Counted from the stretch's first letter, positions 44,832-53,537 are shown. The stretch: 64,000 bases of DNA from Patescibacteria group bacterium (GCA_004321885.1 SCQK01000013.1:64001-128000), one strand, 5' to 3'. Translations and numbers: made by a program. The notes: a model not told the origin generated them from the sequence alone.

Positions 44832-44846
44832 ATTTATTTCAGGATC
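44822..44846. repeat. Palindromic element, family B variant (GTCATCCTGAATTTATTTCAGGATC)
   Basis: Read directly; provides the peptidase stop codon. Confidence 0.65.
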
Positions 44847-44860
44847 TCCAACCCGTAACC

Positions 44861-44931
44861 TCCGAGGTCGTCTAATGGCAGGACTCGAGACTCTGAATCT
44901 CGATATCTAGGTTCGAATCCTAGCCTCGGAA
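44861..44931 (+). tRNA. tRNA-Gln (anticodon CTG)
   Basis: TCCGAGG-TC-GTC-TAATGGCAG-GAC-T-CGAGA-CTCTGAA-TCTCG-ATAT-CTAGG-TTCGAAT-CCTAG-CCTCGGA-A; anticodon loop CUCUGAA. Confidence 0.75.
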
Positions 44932-44933
44932 CA

Positions 44934-45644
44934 ATGAAGATCGTCATTGTAATTCCCACATACAACGAAAGGAAGAACATCTCCAAACTAACCGAGAAAA
45001 TTTTTGCTTTGCGAATTGACGGGCTGGAAATGATCGTAGTGGACGACGGCTCGCCCGACGGAACCGGCGACAAGGTAAAAAAATTGGGCGAACGATTTCC
45101 GGTGACCCTGCTGGCGCGCGAAAAAAAACGCGGACTCGGTTCGGCTTACCTCGCCGGATTCAAGAAAGCCCTGGAAATGGGGGCTGATTTTATTTTTGAA
45201 ATGGACGCGGATTTGTCGCACGACCCCGACGACGTGCCAAGATTACTGGAGCCGTGCCTGGACGGCGCCGATTTGGCCATCGGCTCGCGCCGGGTGGCCG
45301 GCGGAAAGATTATCGGATGGGGCTGGGCGCGCAAATTCATGAGCGCCGGAGCCATGCGGCTGTCGCGCCTGATACTTCAATTAAAAAACAAAGACGTTAC
45401 CTCCGGCTTCAGATGTTGGCGCCGCGAAGCGCTTTTAAGAATTGACTTGGACAAAATCAAAAGCAACGGCTACGCTTTTCAGGAAGAAATACTCTGGCGC
45501 GCCCAGCAGGCGGGCCTGAAAATTGCCGAGGTACCGGTAATTTTTGTTGACCGCGAAGAAGGCAAATCCAAACTGGGCTGGAGAGAGGTATTGGAATTTT
45601 TTAAAGTAATGCTGTCATTGCGAGCGAAGCGAAGCAATCCCTAA
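44934..45644 (+). CDS. GT2 family glycosyltransferase (polyprenol-phosphate / dolichyl-phosphate mannosyltransferase-like)
   Basis: IVIPTYNERKNI, MIVVDDGSPDGT, FEMDADLSHDP (DxD). The last 9 codons and the stop come from the family C element at 45614-45692. Confidence 0.8.
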   Translation: MKIVIVIPTYNERKNISKLTEKIFALRIDGLEMIVVDDGSPDGTGDKVKKLGERFPVTLLAREKKRGLGSAYLAGFKKALEMGADFIFEMDADLSHDPDDVPRLLEPCLDGADLAIGSRRVAGGKIIGWGWARKFMSAGAMRLSRLILQLKNKDVTSGFRCWRREALLRIDLDKIKSNGYAFQEEILWRAQQAGLKIAEVPVIFVDREEGKSKLGWREVLEFFKVMLSLRAKRSNP

Positions 45645-45692
45645 CACAAATGATTGGGATTGCTTCGGCGCTATGCGCCGCCTCGCAATGAC
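45614..45692. repeat. Palindromic element, family C (GTCATTGCGAGCGAAGCGAAGCAATCCC…GGGATTGCTTCGGCG…CGCCTCGCAATGAC), between and overlapping the 3' ends of the GT2 and dus genes
   Basis: 79-bp nested palindrome with perfect outer arms GTCATTGCGAG/CTCGCAATGAC. Related copies at 45860-45939, 51238-51287 and 53855-53936. Confidence 0.7.
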
Positions 45693-46648
45693 AATAACAA
45701 CTCGTCAAAGGTTTTCACCCTCATTAATTTCATTTTTAATTCCTTCACTCCGGGAACGCCTTTGAAATAATAGGCGAGGTGTTTGCGAAAAGTTACCATA
45801 CTTCCTTCGCCGTAGCGCTCTAAATGCAGTTGCGCATGGCGGAGAATGACGTTTAAAATGTCATCGCGAGGAGACTGCAGGCCGACGAAGCAATCCCCTG
45901 CTTTATCAGATGGGGTTGCTTCGCTACGCTCGCAATGACAACGGAAAATCCACGGGTTGCCAAGCGCCCCGCGGCCTATCATCACGCCGTCCGCGCCAGT
46001 AATTTCCAAACACCGGCGGATGTCTTCGGACGAATTTATATCACCATTGGCCAGCGCCGGAATCTTTAACAACTTTTTCACGCGGCCAATCATTTCCCAG
46101 TTCGCTTTGCCGCTGTAGCCCTGCGTCTTGGTGCGGCCGTGAATCGTGAGTAAATCAGCGCCGGCCGCTTCCAATTTAGGCGCGAACTCCAAAATTTCTT
46201 CCTCTCTCCCCCACCCCAGCCGCGTCTTCACGGAAATCGGCGCGCCCAAATCCGCTTTTTTTAATTCTGCCACGATTTTTACCGCTCGCTCGTGGTCTTT
46301 CATCAAAGCCGCGCCCGAATTGACTTTGCCGGTTAATTTCGGCACCGGACAGCCCATATTAATGTCAATCCCGTCGGGTTTAAATTTTTCAACTAAAATC
46401 TCCGCGGCCTGACGCACTTGTTTGGGCTCGGCGCCGAACAATTGCAAAACAATCGGCCTTTCAATCGCGTCAAACTCGCACATTTTCAAGGTCTTGGCGT
46501 TGCCGCGGCAAATCGCCTCGGCGCTCACCATTTCCCGAAAAATCACGAAATCCGGGCCTGAAACCTCGCGGCAAACGCGACAAAACGGCCCGTCGGTCAT
46601 ATCGGCCATGGGCGCGAGCGCGACAATAGATCGTTCATCCATCCACAT
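45671..46648 (-). CDS. dus: tRNA-dihydrouridine synthase (Dus family) with an in-frame family C insert
   Basis: LAPMADMTDGPFCRV, QLFGAEPKQ, DINMGCP, TIHGRTK, GVMIGRGALGNPWIF; insert RCHCERSEATPSDKAGDCFVGLQSPRDD from the element at 45860-45939. Start at ATG 46646-46648; the upstream track extension is a high-GC antisense artefact. Confidence 0.8.
   Translation of the reverse strand: MWMDERSIVALAPMADMTDGPFCRVCREVSGPDFVIFREMVSAEAICRGNAKTLKMCEFDAIERPIVLQLFGAEPKQVRQAAEILVEKFKPDGIDINMGCPVPKLTGKVNSGAALMKDHERAVKIVAELKKADLGAPISVKTRLGWGREEEILEFAPKLEAAGADLLTIHGRTKTQGYSGKANWEMIGRVKKLLKIPALANGDINSSEDIRRCLEITGADGVMIGRGALGNPWIFRCHCERSEATPSDKAGDCFVGLQSPRDDILNVILRHAQLHLERYGEGSMVTFRKHLAYYFKGVPGVKELKMKLMRVKTFDELLLSLRGGA
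45860..45939. repeat. Palindromic element, family C, in frame in dus
   Basis: gtcatcgcgaggagactgcaggccgacgaagcaatcccctgctttatcagatggggttgcttcgctacgctcgcaatgac. Confidence 0.7.
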
Positions 46649-46650
46649 AG

Positions 46651-46688
46651 TAAAAATTAAGGGCCTCCGCGAAGACGCGAGGAGGCCC
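46651..46688 (-). terminator. Terminator hairpin GGGCCTCCGCGAAGACGCGAGGAGGCCC plus T-run, downstream of the high-GC islet gene and 3 nt from the dus start codon
   Basis: Perfect 8-bp GC stem. The minus-strand continuation is TTAATTTTTAC. Confidence 0.6.
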
Positions 46689-46709
46689 ATCTTGCGTCGA
46701 CGCGCCTCC

Positions 46710-47312
46710 TCATCGCGCCGACGAGAACTGATAAACCAAACCCGGATTCTGATACTTCCCCGACGGGTCGCGGTAGCCGAGCTCGCTCCGGCCAGCCTTG
46801 GCGAGCGTCTCGGCAAAGAGATCGACGACAACCTCCTCGCCGCCCTCACCGGCAACCACCACCCAGGTGTAGCCAAATCCGAGGCCCGGCAGCATCTTGC
46901 CGCACGCCCTGGCCTGCAACCCCGCCTCCATCAGCAAGACAAACAGATAGGCGTGATAGTACCGGCAGCACGCTATGGCATGGCTGAGCGCGAATGACAG
47001 TTTGGCCTGCTCCGGCGAGGGCGAGAACACGAATCTGTGATACGTCTGGCGCGCATCCTCGTCCAGCTTCGTGTCGTTAGCCAGAACCACCGCGTTATGC
47101 GGCAACGCGGCGAGCACGAGGGTCTTTACCGCCGCAAGTCGCGCGCCGATGCCCTGCGGAGAGCTGGCTTGTTCCCGCGCCAGCCGCAGATGACATCCTA
47201 TGAAGCGGTACTCGTCATCCATCTGCACGTCGAAGATGTTCTCTCCCACCCACTGTCGCCTCGCCTCAACGACCTGGGGCTTCCCGTTGTCTGCCTGCCC
47301 GTTGTCTGACAT
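46710..47312 (-). CDS. Hypothetical 200-aa protein encoded in a high-GC islet
   Basis: RBS aacAGGAGAGAGAGaacATG on the minus strand; GC about 65%; no recognisable family (MSDNGQADNGKPQVVEARRQWVGENIFDVQMDDEYRF...). Confidence 0.5.
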   Translation of the reverse strand: MSDNGQADNGKPQVVEARRQWVGENIFDVQMDDEYRFIGCHLRLAREQASSPQGIGARLAAVKTLVLAALPHNAVVLANDTKLDEDARQTYHRFVFSPSPEQAKLSFALSHAIACCRYYHAYLFVLLMEAGLQARACGKMLPGLGFGYTWVVVAGEGGEEVVVDLFAETLAKAGRSELGYRDPSGKYQNPGLVYQFSSAR

Positions 47313-47454
47313 GTTCTCTCTCTCCTGTTTTTGCTAACAAAATAATGCCCAAAAAATCGTTTTCTGTCAACAATTGCGTAATTTCATTTCTCGGGTTATA
47401 ATATCCGAAAGATTTGACATAAGCAAGCTATCCGCCTTGCGCCATTAAACCAAT

Positions 47455-48030
47455 ATGAAAAAAATCATCGCCGTAGCCGCAGTCATCATAGTCGCCGCCG
47501 GCCTCTGGTACGGTTTTACACTTAACAGTAAGAAGCAAACCAACAGTTCCAACGACTATCAAAAATACGAAAACACCGCTTACGGTTTTAGTTTGGAATA
47601 CCCGAAAACCTGGCACGCGACCGGAGCAAGCGCCACTTCCACGGTTATCAGTTTCAACGACACGGCGCCCAGCGAACCTGTGGAGGGCGCAGAGACGACC
47701 TCATCAGCCGTGATAGACATCATGATAATAGAAAACTACGACAACATCAGCTTGGGGGAATGGACTGACTTGTCTTTGGGGCTGGGGCCGGAACTGAACA
47801 TTTTGAGCGAAGAAACAATTGAAGCAAACAATACAAAATTTTTGGTGAAAACTTTTACGCCCCTGAAATTGCCCGAGGCCGCGCCGACCGCGGCGGCTTT
47901 TACCGCCTTGAATGATGAAAAATATTTCGCGCAAATTAACTACATGGGCGAAGAGCCGAATTTTACCGCCGGCATGAAACATTTCAAGCATTTACTGTCC
48001 AGTTTTCAGTTGACTTCGGCCGCGCCGTAG
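47455..48030 (+). CDS. Secreted hypothetical protein (signal/anchor plus about 165-aa domain)
   Basis: MKKIIAVAAVIIVAAGLWYGF signal-anchor; FSLEYPKTW-type beta-rich domain common in small secreted proteins; no specific family assignable. Confidence 0.45.
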   Translation: MKKIIAVAAVIIVAAGLWYGFTLNSKKQTNSSNDYQKYENTAYGFSLEYPKTWHATGASATSTVISFNDTAPSEPVEGAETTSSAVIDIMIIENYDNISLGEWTDLSLGLGPELNILSEETIEANNTKFLVKTFTPLKLPEAAPTAAAFTALNDEKYFAQINYMGEEPNFTAGMKHFKHLLSSFQLTSAAP

Positions 48031-48061
48031 GATATAATGCAATAACTAAAAAATTTCAGAT

Positions 48062-48697
48062 ATGCGAACTTCCCTTCCATTTACCCATCGCCAGCTCTCC
48101 CCTTCGCCGCCTTCGCGGCATGAGAAAGGGGAGAGGGGGACGACTGCAATATTGCCAGCTATATTGCTCATCGCGTTTGGCATTGCGGCGAGATTTTTGC
48201 CCCATCCGGCGAACTTTACTCCCATCGGCGCCATTGCTATTTTTGGCGGACTGTATCTGCCCAAAAAACTTTCTGTTTGGCTGCCTCTCTCGGCCATGCT
48301 TATCAGCGATATTTTTATCGGCTTTTATTCATTGCCGATTATGGCCAGCGTGTACGTCGGCTTTATGTTCGCCAATCTGCTATCCTTGACAGCGCGGGGC
48401 AAACTCGCATATACAAAAACCGCCTTTGGGCGGTTTGGGACTATTGCCGGCGCCACGGCGCTAAGTTCAGCCATTTTTTACCTCTTGACAAACGCGGCGG
48501 TTTGGGCATTCGGCTCTATGTATCCGCACAATTTCACCGGCCTTTTGGAATCATACTACCTGGCTCTCCCCTTCTTCCGAAACAGCCTGGCGGGCGACGT
48601 TTTCTTCACTTTCGTTTTAGTAGGCGGGATGGAGTTGCTAAAACATACGTTAAGGGATTCCTCCGCTCTCCGCCGGCTGGCGAATCGATCGGAATGA
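48062..48697 (+). CDS. Integral membrane protein (possible ECF-transporter S-component-like); the N-terminal region contains an in-frame family D palindromic element
   Basis: Five or six hydrophobic segments (ILPAILLIAFGIAARF, FTPIGAIAIFGGLYL, ...). The element at 48104-48138 encodes LSPSPPSRHEKGERG. The true start may lie downstream. Confidence 0.4.
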   Translation: MRTSLPFTHRQLSPSPPSRHEKGERGTTAILPAILLIAFGIAARFLPHPANFTPIGAIAIFGGLYLPKKLSVWLPLSAMLISDIFIGFYSLPIMASVYVGFMFANLLSLTARGKLAYTKTAFGRFGTIAGATALSSAIFYLLTNAAVWAFGSMYPHNFTGLLESYYLALPFFRNSLAGDVFFTFVLVGGMELLKHTLRDSSALRRLANRSE

Positions 48698-48699
48698 CA

Positions 48700-50118
48700 T
48701 TATCCATACGGTAACTCCTCTGGCTCTGGCGGTTCTTCTTTTCTCTCTTCTTCCACAGCAGGCCCGACAGGCAAATCCAAATCAATGGGCAAGCCAAACG
48801 GCGGCTCCGAGCGCTTGGTGGCGGATTTCTGCAACAACGGGGTCTTCACACTCGGCAACGGGAAGTGCCACAAAGTGGCCAGCTCTTCTATGTTCAAAAT
48901 ATAGGGCGTGCCGTACACTTTAATCTTGCGCTTCTTAAACGCGTTCACGAATTTGCGTTTTTTCCAAACCACTATAAGCTTCTTAAACGCGTAGTAGGCC
49001 TTGGTCACCACGTAGGGCGTGAGCTGGTTGCGGTTGACCATGCTAAATTGCTTTAGCGAGCCGACATAGCCGTCCAAGCACCGCGAGGGATTGAAAACTT
49101 CCTTGCGCGCCACATACAGGGCGCGTATTTTTGTCTTAAAGCCGACCTTGGCGATTTTGTCTTCCACGGCCTGCACCGTATTTTTCAGGCCCGGCGGCAA
49201 TTCGCTCACTTTGCCGGCCACGACCTCTTCCCTTTTGACTTCTTTTTCCTTTGGTTCAAAGTTCCAATTCCACACGTCCATGAGCATCTCAAACAGCTTG
49301 GCCGGCAAACCCAAAATGCCGCCCAGAATGCCGGCCTTGGCCGGGGCTTTTTTTTGCGCGATGATTTCCTTTACCAGACTGATGCCGGCGGCCTGCCAGG
49401 TATCGGCCACTGGCTCAATCACGATTTGCGTGAAAAAATTCTCGCCCGCCCCGAGTCGCGTGAAATTTTCCAGCACCGCGGCCATAGGGTCGTTGAACAT
49501 GGCGTCTTTGGTCACGCTGTGCTCAAACTCGGGATAGGTGCGGATGGGGTAGGCATTGTGGCCGGCTAAAGTGAATTCCACGCCGAAGACGTCTTCCGCG
49601 TCATTGGGAAATTTTGTCGGAATGACGCCGACATAATCCTCTATTTCCGTGATTTCGGCCGTCGGGTATTGGGCGTAAATGGCCGCTTCCACCACGTCGC
49701 GAAATTCTTGCTCGGTATAAATTAAAAATTGAATATAGCCGGCCATGGAAATAATCTCAAAGCTGAACCACTTTTGTTTTTTGCCCAGCCAAAATTTTTC
49801 GCCGACATTGGGCCCGACCAGCGCGCCCGACAGGTGCGAAAAAAGCTGTTCCACGGCCTTGGGGCTTTGAATCACCTCTTGCGGAATCTCAATGGCCAGC
49901 ACGAGCCATTTCCATTTGCTTGTGTAAAGCCCCTGCCGATACCACAGCCACAGCTCCTGCCCCATGTAGAAAAAAATTAAGAGCAAAATAGCCCAGCCGA
50001 TGATGCCAAACAGGGCCAAAATTATTTTTCCGCTGGACCACGTAAGCAATTGGTCCCAAAACGAAAAATTTAGATTGAATGAGACTCCGCCAAAAGGCGA
50101 CTCCATGCCAGTGGGCAT
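48700..50118 (-). CDS. Membrane protein paralogous to the N-terminal (non-ATPase) domain of the VirB4-like ATPase at 39901-42447
   Basis: AIYAQYPTAEITEIEDY vs QIHAQYPHAEILEEPDY; ATLWHFPLPSVKTPLLQKSATKRSEPPFGLP vs ASFWHLPNPHTETPHINWLGARKAPPPVNMP; no Walker motifs; 472 aa. Confidence 0.55.
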   Translation of the reverse strand: MPTGMESPFGGVSFNLNFSFWDQLLTWSSGKIILALFGIIGWAILLLIFFYMGQELWLWYRQGLYTSKWKWLVLAIEIPQEVIQSPKAVEQLFSHLSGALVGPNVGEKFWLGKKQKWFSFEIISMAGYIQFLIYTEQEFRDVVEAAIYAQYPTAEITEIEDYVGVIPTKFPNDAEDVFGVEFTLAGHNAYPIRTYPEFEHSVTKDAMFNDPMAAVLENFTRLGAGENFFTQIVIEPVADTWQAAGISLVKEIIAQKKAPAKAGILGGILGLPAKLFEMLMDVWNWNFEPKEKEVKREEVVAGKVSELPPGLKNTVQAVEDKIAKVGFKTKIRALYVARKEVFNPSRCLDGYVGSLKQFSMVNRNQLTPYVVTKAYYAFKKLIVVWKKRKFVNAFKKRKIKVYGTPYILNIEELATLWHFPLPSVKTPLLQKSATKRSEPPFGLPIDLDLPVGPAVEEERKEEPPEPEELPYG

Positions 50119-50119
50119 A

Positions 50120-50281
50120 TCATTTATTTATAAACCGGTACACGCCGCCATAGATAATCAAAACCCCTAACACTGTCCACCACCAGCCAAACAAACCCGA
50201 AACATAGCCGGCGTAATAGGCAATAACGCAAATGATGGTGGCAATAGCCGCCACCATGTGACGCACGAGATTATCGGTCAT
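50120..50281 (-). CDS. Small two-TM protein (53 aa) immediately upstream of 48700-50118 (VirB3-like position)
   Basis: MTDNLVRHMVAAIATIICVIAYYAGYVSGLFGWWWTVLGVLIIYGGVYRFINK. The stop is 1 nt from the downstream ATG. Below the ORF-track length cut-off. Confidence 0.35.
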   Translation of the reverse strand: MTDNLVRHMVAAIATIICVIAYYAGYVSGLFGWWWTVLGVLIIYGGVYRFINK

Positions 50282-50306
50282 AGATAATAATTACCACGTT
50301 AGTATA

Positions 50307-51221
50307 TCACACAACCGCCCGCCTTTGCCATTTTTCCGCCAGCACCAGCAGAGGGGCGGCGATAAAAATGGAAGAATACGCCCCGCTGGCAAAACCAATA
50401 AGCAGGGCCAGGGCGAAGTAATGGATAGAAGCGCCGCCAAAGAGATAAAGGGCGATAAGGGCGAACAAAGTGGTAACGGTCGTGTTGATAGAGCGCATTA
50501 AAGTCTGGTTCAGACCGTTGTTAACCACCTCGGCAAAGTCTTCGTTGCGCCGGCGCAATAAATTTTCCCTGATGCGGTCGTAGACCACGATGGTGTCGTG
50601 CACGGAAAAACCCAGCACGGTTAAGAGAGCCACCACGAAAGCAATATCCACCTCCACGCCCCAGCCATGCCCCAAAACCGAAAAAATACCCATCACCAAA
50701 AAGACGTCATGCACCACCGCGATTATGGCCAACAGGCCGTATTTCCAGCTGGCCACGGGCCGCGACACCTTGCGAAAGGCATAGGCGATATACAATATAA
50801 TGCCCAGGTTGACGAAGATAATGGCCCACACCGCCCGCGTGCGCAATTGCTTGCTTACGGCCGAGCCGATTGTTTCAAAACTAATTTCCTTCACCGTGTT
50901 TTCTTTGGTCTGAAAATTTTGCGTCAAGCGCTTTAGCGCCTCCTGATGTTTTTCTTCGCTCAAAAATTCGGTGCGGATAATAATGCTGTCTTCGCCGACG
51001 TTTTGAACTTGAACATTTTTCAAATCCACTTCGGCAAAAACTTTTTGCACATCAGCGGCCGGCGGCCGGTTGCGGCTAAACGATATTTCCAACAGAGAAC
51101 CGCCGGTAAAGTCAATGCCCGGCTTTAGCCCCCACATAAATATCAAAACAAAGGCGGCCACAGTTACCAGTCCGCTGAAACTAAGCAGTACCTTGGAATA
51201 CTTTATGAATGGTATGGTCAT
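50307..51221 (-). CDS. secF: Protein translocase subunit SecF
   Basis: MTIPFIKYSKVLLSFSGLVTVAAFVLIFMWGLKPGIDFTGGS...; SecD/F family C-terminal 6-TM bundle. Confidence 0.85.
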   Translation of the reverse strand: MTIPFIKYSKVLLSFSGLVTVAAFVLIFMWGLKPGIDFTGGSLLEISFSRNRPPAADVQKVFAEVDLKNVQVQNVGEDSIIIRTEFLSEEKHQEALKRLTQNFQTKENTVKEISFETIGSAVSKQLRTRAVWAIIFVNLGIILYIAYAFRKVSRPVASWKYGLLAIIAVVHDVFLVMGIFSVLGHGWGVEVDIAFVVALLTVLGFSVHDTIVVYDRIRENLLRRRNEDFAEVVNNGLNQTLMRSINTTVTTLFALIALYLFGGASIHYFALALLIGFASGAYSSIFIAAPLLVLAEKWQRRAVV

Positions 51222-51230
51222 AGTGAAAAA

Positions 51231-53333
51231 TTATGTATGGGATTGCTTCCCGCCAGAGGCGGGCAGGCGCTCTTCGCTCGCAATGACATTTTTTTTATGC
51301 CCCAAAAACATCCAATTGCCATACTCATTGAACCAGCGGAAAACAATGCGGATATTGATGCGGGTAACGGTAATGGCCGTAAACATGGAGACCAACGTGC
51401 CGATGGCCAACGTGACGGCAAAGCCCTGCACAAACCCGGTGCCAAACCATATAAGGAATCCGCAACTGATAAGGGTGGTGATATTGCTGTCGCGAATGGA
51501 CGGCCAGGCGCGCGCGAACGACTCCTCGGCCGCCGACAGCAAACTGCGGCCATTGCGTAATTCTTCTTTCATGCGCTCAAACACCAGCACATTGGCGTCT
51601 ACGGCCATACCGATAGACAAAATAAAGCCGGCAATGCCCGACAAGGTTAAAGTTACTCCGATAATCTTAAAGATGGCCAAACTTAAAAGGGCGTAGACGA
51701 GCAGAGAAACATTGGCCAACAAGCCGGGAAAGCGATAATAGCCAATCATGAAAAGCAAAACTAAAATCAAACCAACAATGCCGGCGAAAAAACTTTTACG
51801 CAGATACTCGGAACCCAAAGTGGCGTCCACTTTCTGCTGGCTGATGAGGTCTACGGCCACGGGCAAAGCGCCGGCGTTGAGGCGCTGGGACAAAAGCCGC
51901 GCTTCGCCGAGCGTGAAACTGCCCGAGATGACGGCCGAGCCGCTGGTGATGGCTTCGTTCACGCGCGGAATGCTAATGGGCTCACCGTCCAAAAATATGG
52001 CCACGTTCTTGCCCACATTGCGCGTGGTGATATCGCCGAACAATTTTGTGCCTTCTTCGTTGAATTGCAGATTGACCTGCACTTGTCCGGACTGATTATC
52101 CTGGGTTACCTCGGCGCGCTTGAGCTGCTTGCCCGACAAGCCCGAGCTTTTCCATTCCTCGGCCGGCGGCACGACATCGGAAGCCTGTTTAGTCTTCACG
52201 TACACGCGGGCCACCTCATATTCCCTGGACGGCTTTTCATCTTTTTTGTAAATAATGTGAAAACCGAATTTTGTTTCCACCGCATTGGACACAGCGCCCT
52301 TGGGCATCGCGCCCGCCGCCTCTTCAAACTCCGGCACCATTTGGCCCTTCTTAAACCAGCCCAGCTCTTCGCCGCGCACTTCCAATTTTTTATCCGGAGA
52401 ATATTGCTGTACCAACTGGGCAAAATTGGCGGGCGACGCCTGGGCTTTTATTTCACCGGCTCTTTGGCGGGCCTGGTCTTTGTTCAATTTGCTTTCACAC
52501 CCTTCGGCGCCGGCATAACAAACCAACAAGTGCGACGCGTTTATCATTTTTTCGCCGTCGCGGCCGGAGAGCCGTTTTACCACGTTCAAGCCGTCAAAAC
52601 TTTTCACCAGGGTTTTGCCCGCCTGGCCGTCTTTGGCTTTCTCGGCCCAAGCAAAAATTTCCGGATAAATTTCTTTGGTAATAAATCCCAGATTGCCGCC
52701 CTTGTCTTTGCTGGCCTGGTCTTCGGAATATTGGGCCGCGATTTTGCCGAAATCGGCCCCGGGTTTTAGGGCCGCGGTTAGAGCTGTTTTGGCTTTTTTA
52801 TCGGCCGCGCTGTTAAAAACGTCCAGGTCTTTTTTTTCTTGGGGTGTCAAATCGCGGGCCGGGTCGTGATTTTCTTCCTTAAATTCCAGTATCGGAGTTT
52901 CGCCAATCATTTTGATGGCCTGATTGACATCGGTAACGCCGGGCAATTCCACAATCACGCGATAATCGCCGCCGACCTTGGTGGTTTGCACCAATGGCTC
53001 GGCCACGCCCAGGCCCCCGCGCACGCGCCGCTCTATCACGTCGCGCACGCCTTCCACGGCGTCGCCGCGGTCGCCTTCGGGAATGGTTTCTGTTTTGGCC
53101 TGATAAACCAAATGCGCGCCGCCCTGCAAATCCAGGCCCAGATTAAAGCCCTTATCCGGCAAGCGGGGCAAACCGATGTTGGCCGCGTTGTTGAGCCAGT
53201 CTATGCCGCGGTTGGCGAACGCCGGCAAAACAATAAGCAGGGTGGCAATGGCCAAAGCGACCACGCCGGCCGCGTGCCATTTTAATTTTTTCGCCGACGA
53301 AACCTTGTTGGAAATTTTTACTGCCATAAACAC
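51231..53333 (-). CDS. secD: Protein translocase subunit SecD with an inserted parvulin-type (PpiC-like) peptidyl-prolyl isomerase domain; C-terminal tail and stop supplied by a family C element
   Basis: SecD N-terminus and DLQGGAHLVYQ, C-terminal TM bundle. Middle segment ...INASHLLVCYAGAEG...GEELGWFKKGQMVPEFEEAAGAMPKGAVSNAVETKFGFHIIYK resembles the parvulin rotamase fold. Last residues …ASEERLPASGGKQSHT* are read from 51238-51287. Confidence 0.8.
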   Translation of the reverse strand: MFMAVKISNKVSSAKKLKWHAAGVVALAIATLLIVLPAFANRGIDWLNNAANIGLPRLPDKGFNLGLDLQGGAHLVYQAKTETIPEGDRGDAVEGVRDVIERRVRGGLGVAEPLVQTTKVGGDYRVIVELPGVTDVNQAIKMIGETPILEFKEENHDPARDLTPQEKKDLDVFNSAADKKAKTALTAALKPGADFGKIAAQYSEDQASKDKGGNLGFITKEIYPEIFAWAEKAKDGQAGKTLVKSFDGLNVVKRLSGRDGEKMINASHLLVCYAGAEGCESKLNKDQARQRAGEIKAQASPANFAQLVQQYSPDKKLEVRGEELGWFKKGQMVPEFEEAAGAMPKGAVSNAVETKFGFHIIYKKDEKPSREYEVARVYVKTKQASDVVPPAEEWKSSGLSGKQLKRAEVTQDNQSGQVQVNLQFNEEGTKLFGDITTRNVGKNVAIFLDGEPISIPRVNEAITSGSAVISGSFTLGEARLLSQRLNAGALPVAVDLISQQKVDATLGSEYLRKSFFAGIVGLILVLLFMIGYYRFPGLLANVSLLVYALLSLAIFKIIGVTLTLSGIAGFILSIGMAVDANVLVFERMKEELRNGRSLLSAAEESFARAWPSIRDSNITTLISCGFLIWFGTGFVQGFAVTLAIGTLVSMFTAITVTRINIRIVFRWFNEYGNWMFLGHKKNVIASEERLPASGGKQSHT
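51238..51287. repeat. Palindromic element, family C (half-copy: GGGATTGCTTCCCGCCAGAGGCGGGCAGGCGCTCTTCGCTCGCAATGAC)
   Basis: Shares GATTGCTTCG and CGCTCGCAATGAC with the 45614 and 53855 copies. Confidence 0.6.
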
Positions 53334-53342
53334 AATTATTAT

Positions 53343-53367
53343 GTCATTCCGGGCTTGACCCGGAATC
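53343..53367. repeat. Palindromic element, family A variant (GTCATTCCGGGCTTGACCCGGAATC), downstream of tRNA-Val
   Basis: Read directly. Confidence 0.6.
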
Positions 53368-53387
53368 TATTTCCGTGTGGACGGTGC

Positions 53388-53460
53388 AGGACTCGGACCT
53401 GCGGCCCTTGCGATGTAAACGCAATGCTCTACCAACTGAGCTAACCGTCCGTCCGCATCT
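53388..53460 (-). tRNA. tRNA-Val (anticodon TAC)
   Basis: RC: GGACGGT-TA-GCTC-AGTTGGTA-GAGC-A-TTGCG-TTTACAT-CGCAA-GGGCC-GCAGG-TCCGAGT-CCTGC-ACCGTCC-A. Confidence 0.8.
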
Positions 53461-53505
53461 CGGCTATGATTTTACCCCTTTTTGCCTTTTTTGGCAAGAA
53501 CCATT

Positions 53506-53530
53506 GTCATTCCTGCGCAAGTAGGAATCC
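53506..53530. repeat. Palindromic element, family A variant (GTCATTCCTGCGCAAGTAGGAATCC), upstream of tRNA-Val
   Basis: Read directly. Confidence 0.6.
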
Positions 53531-53537
53531 ACAATCA

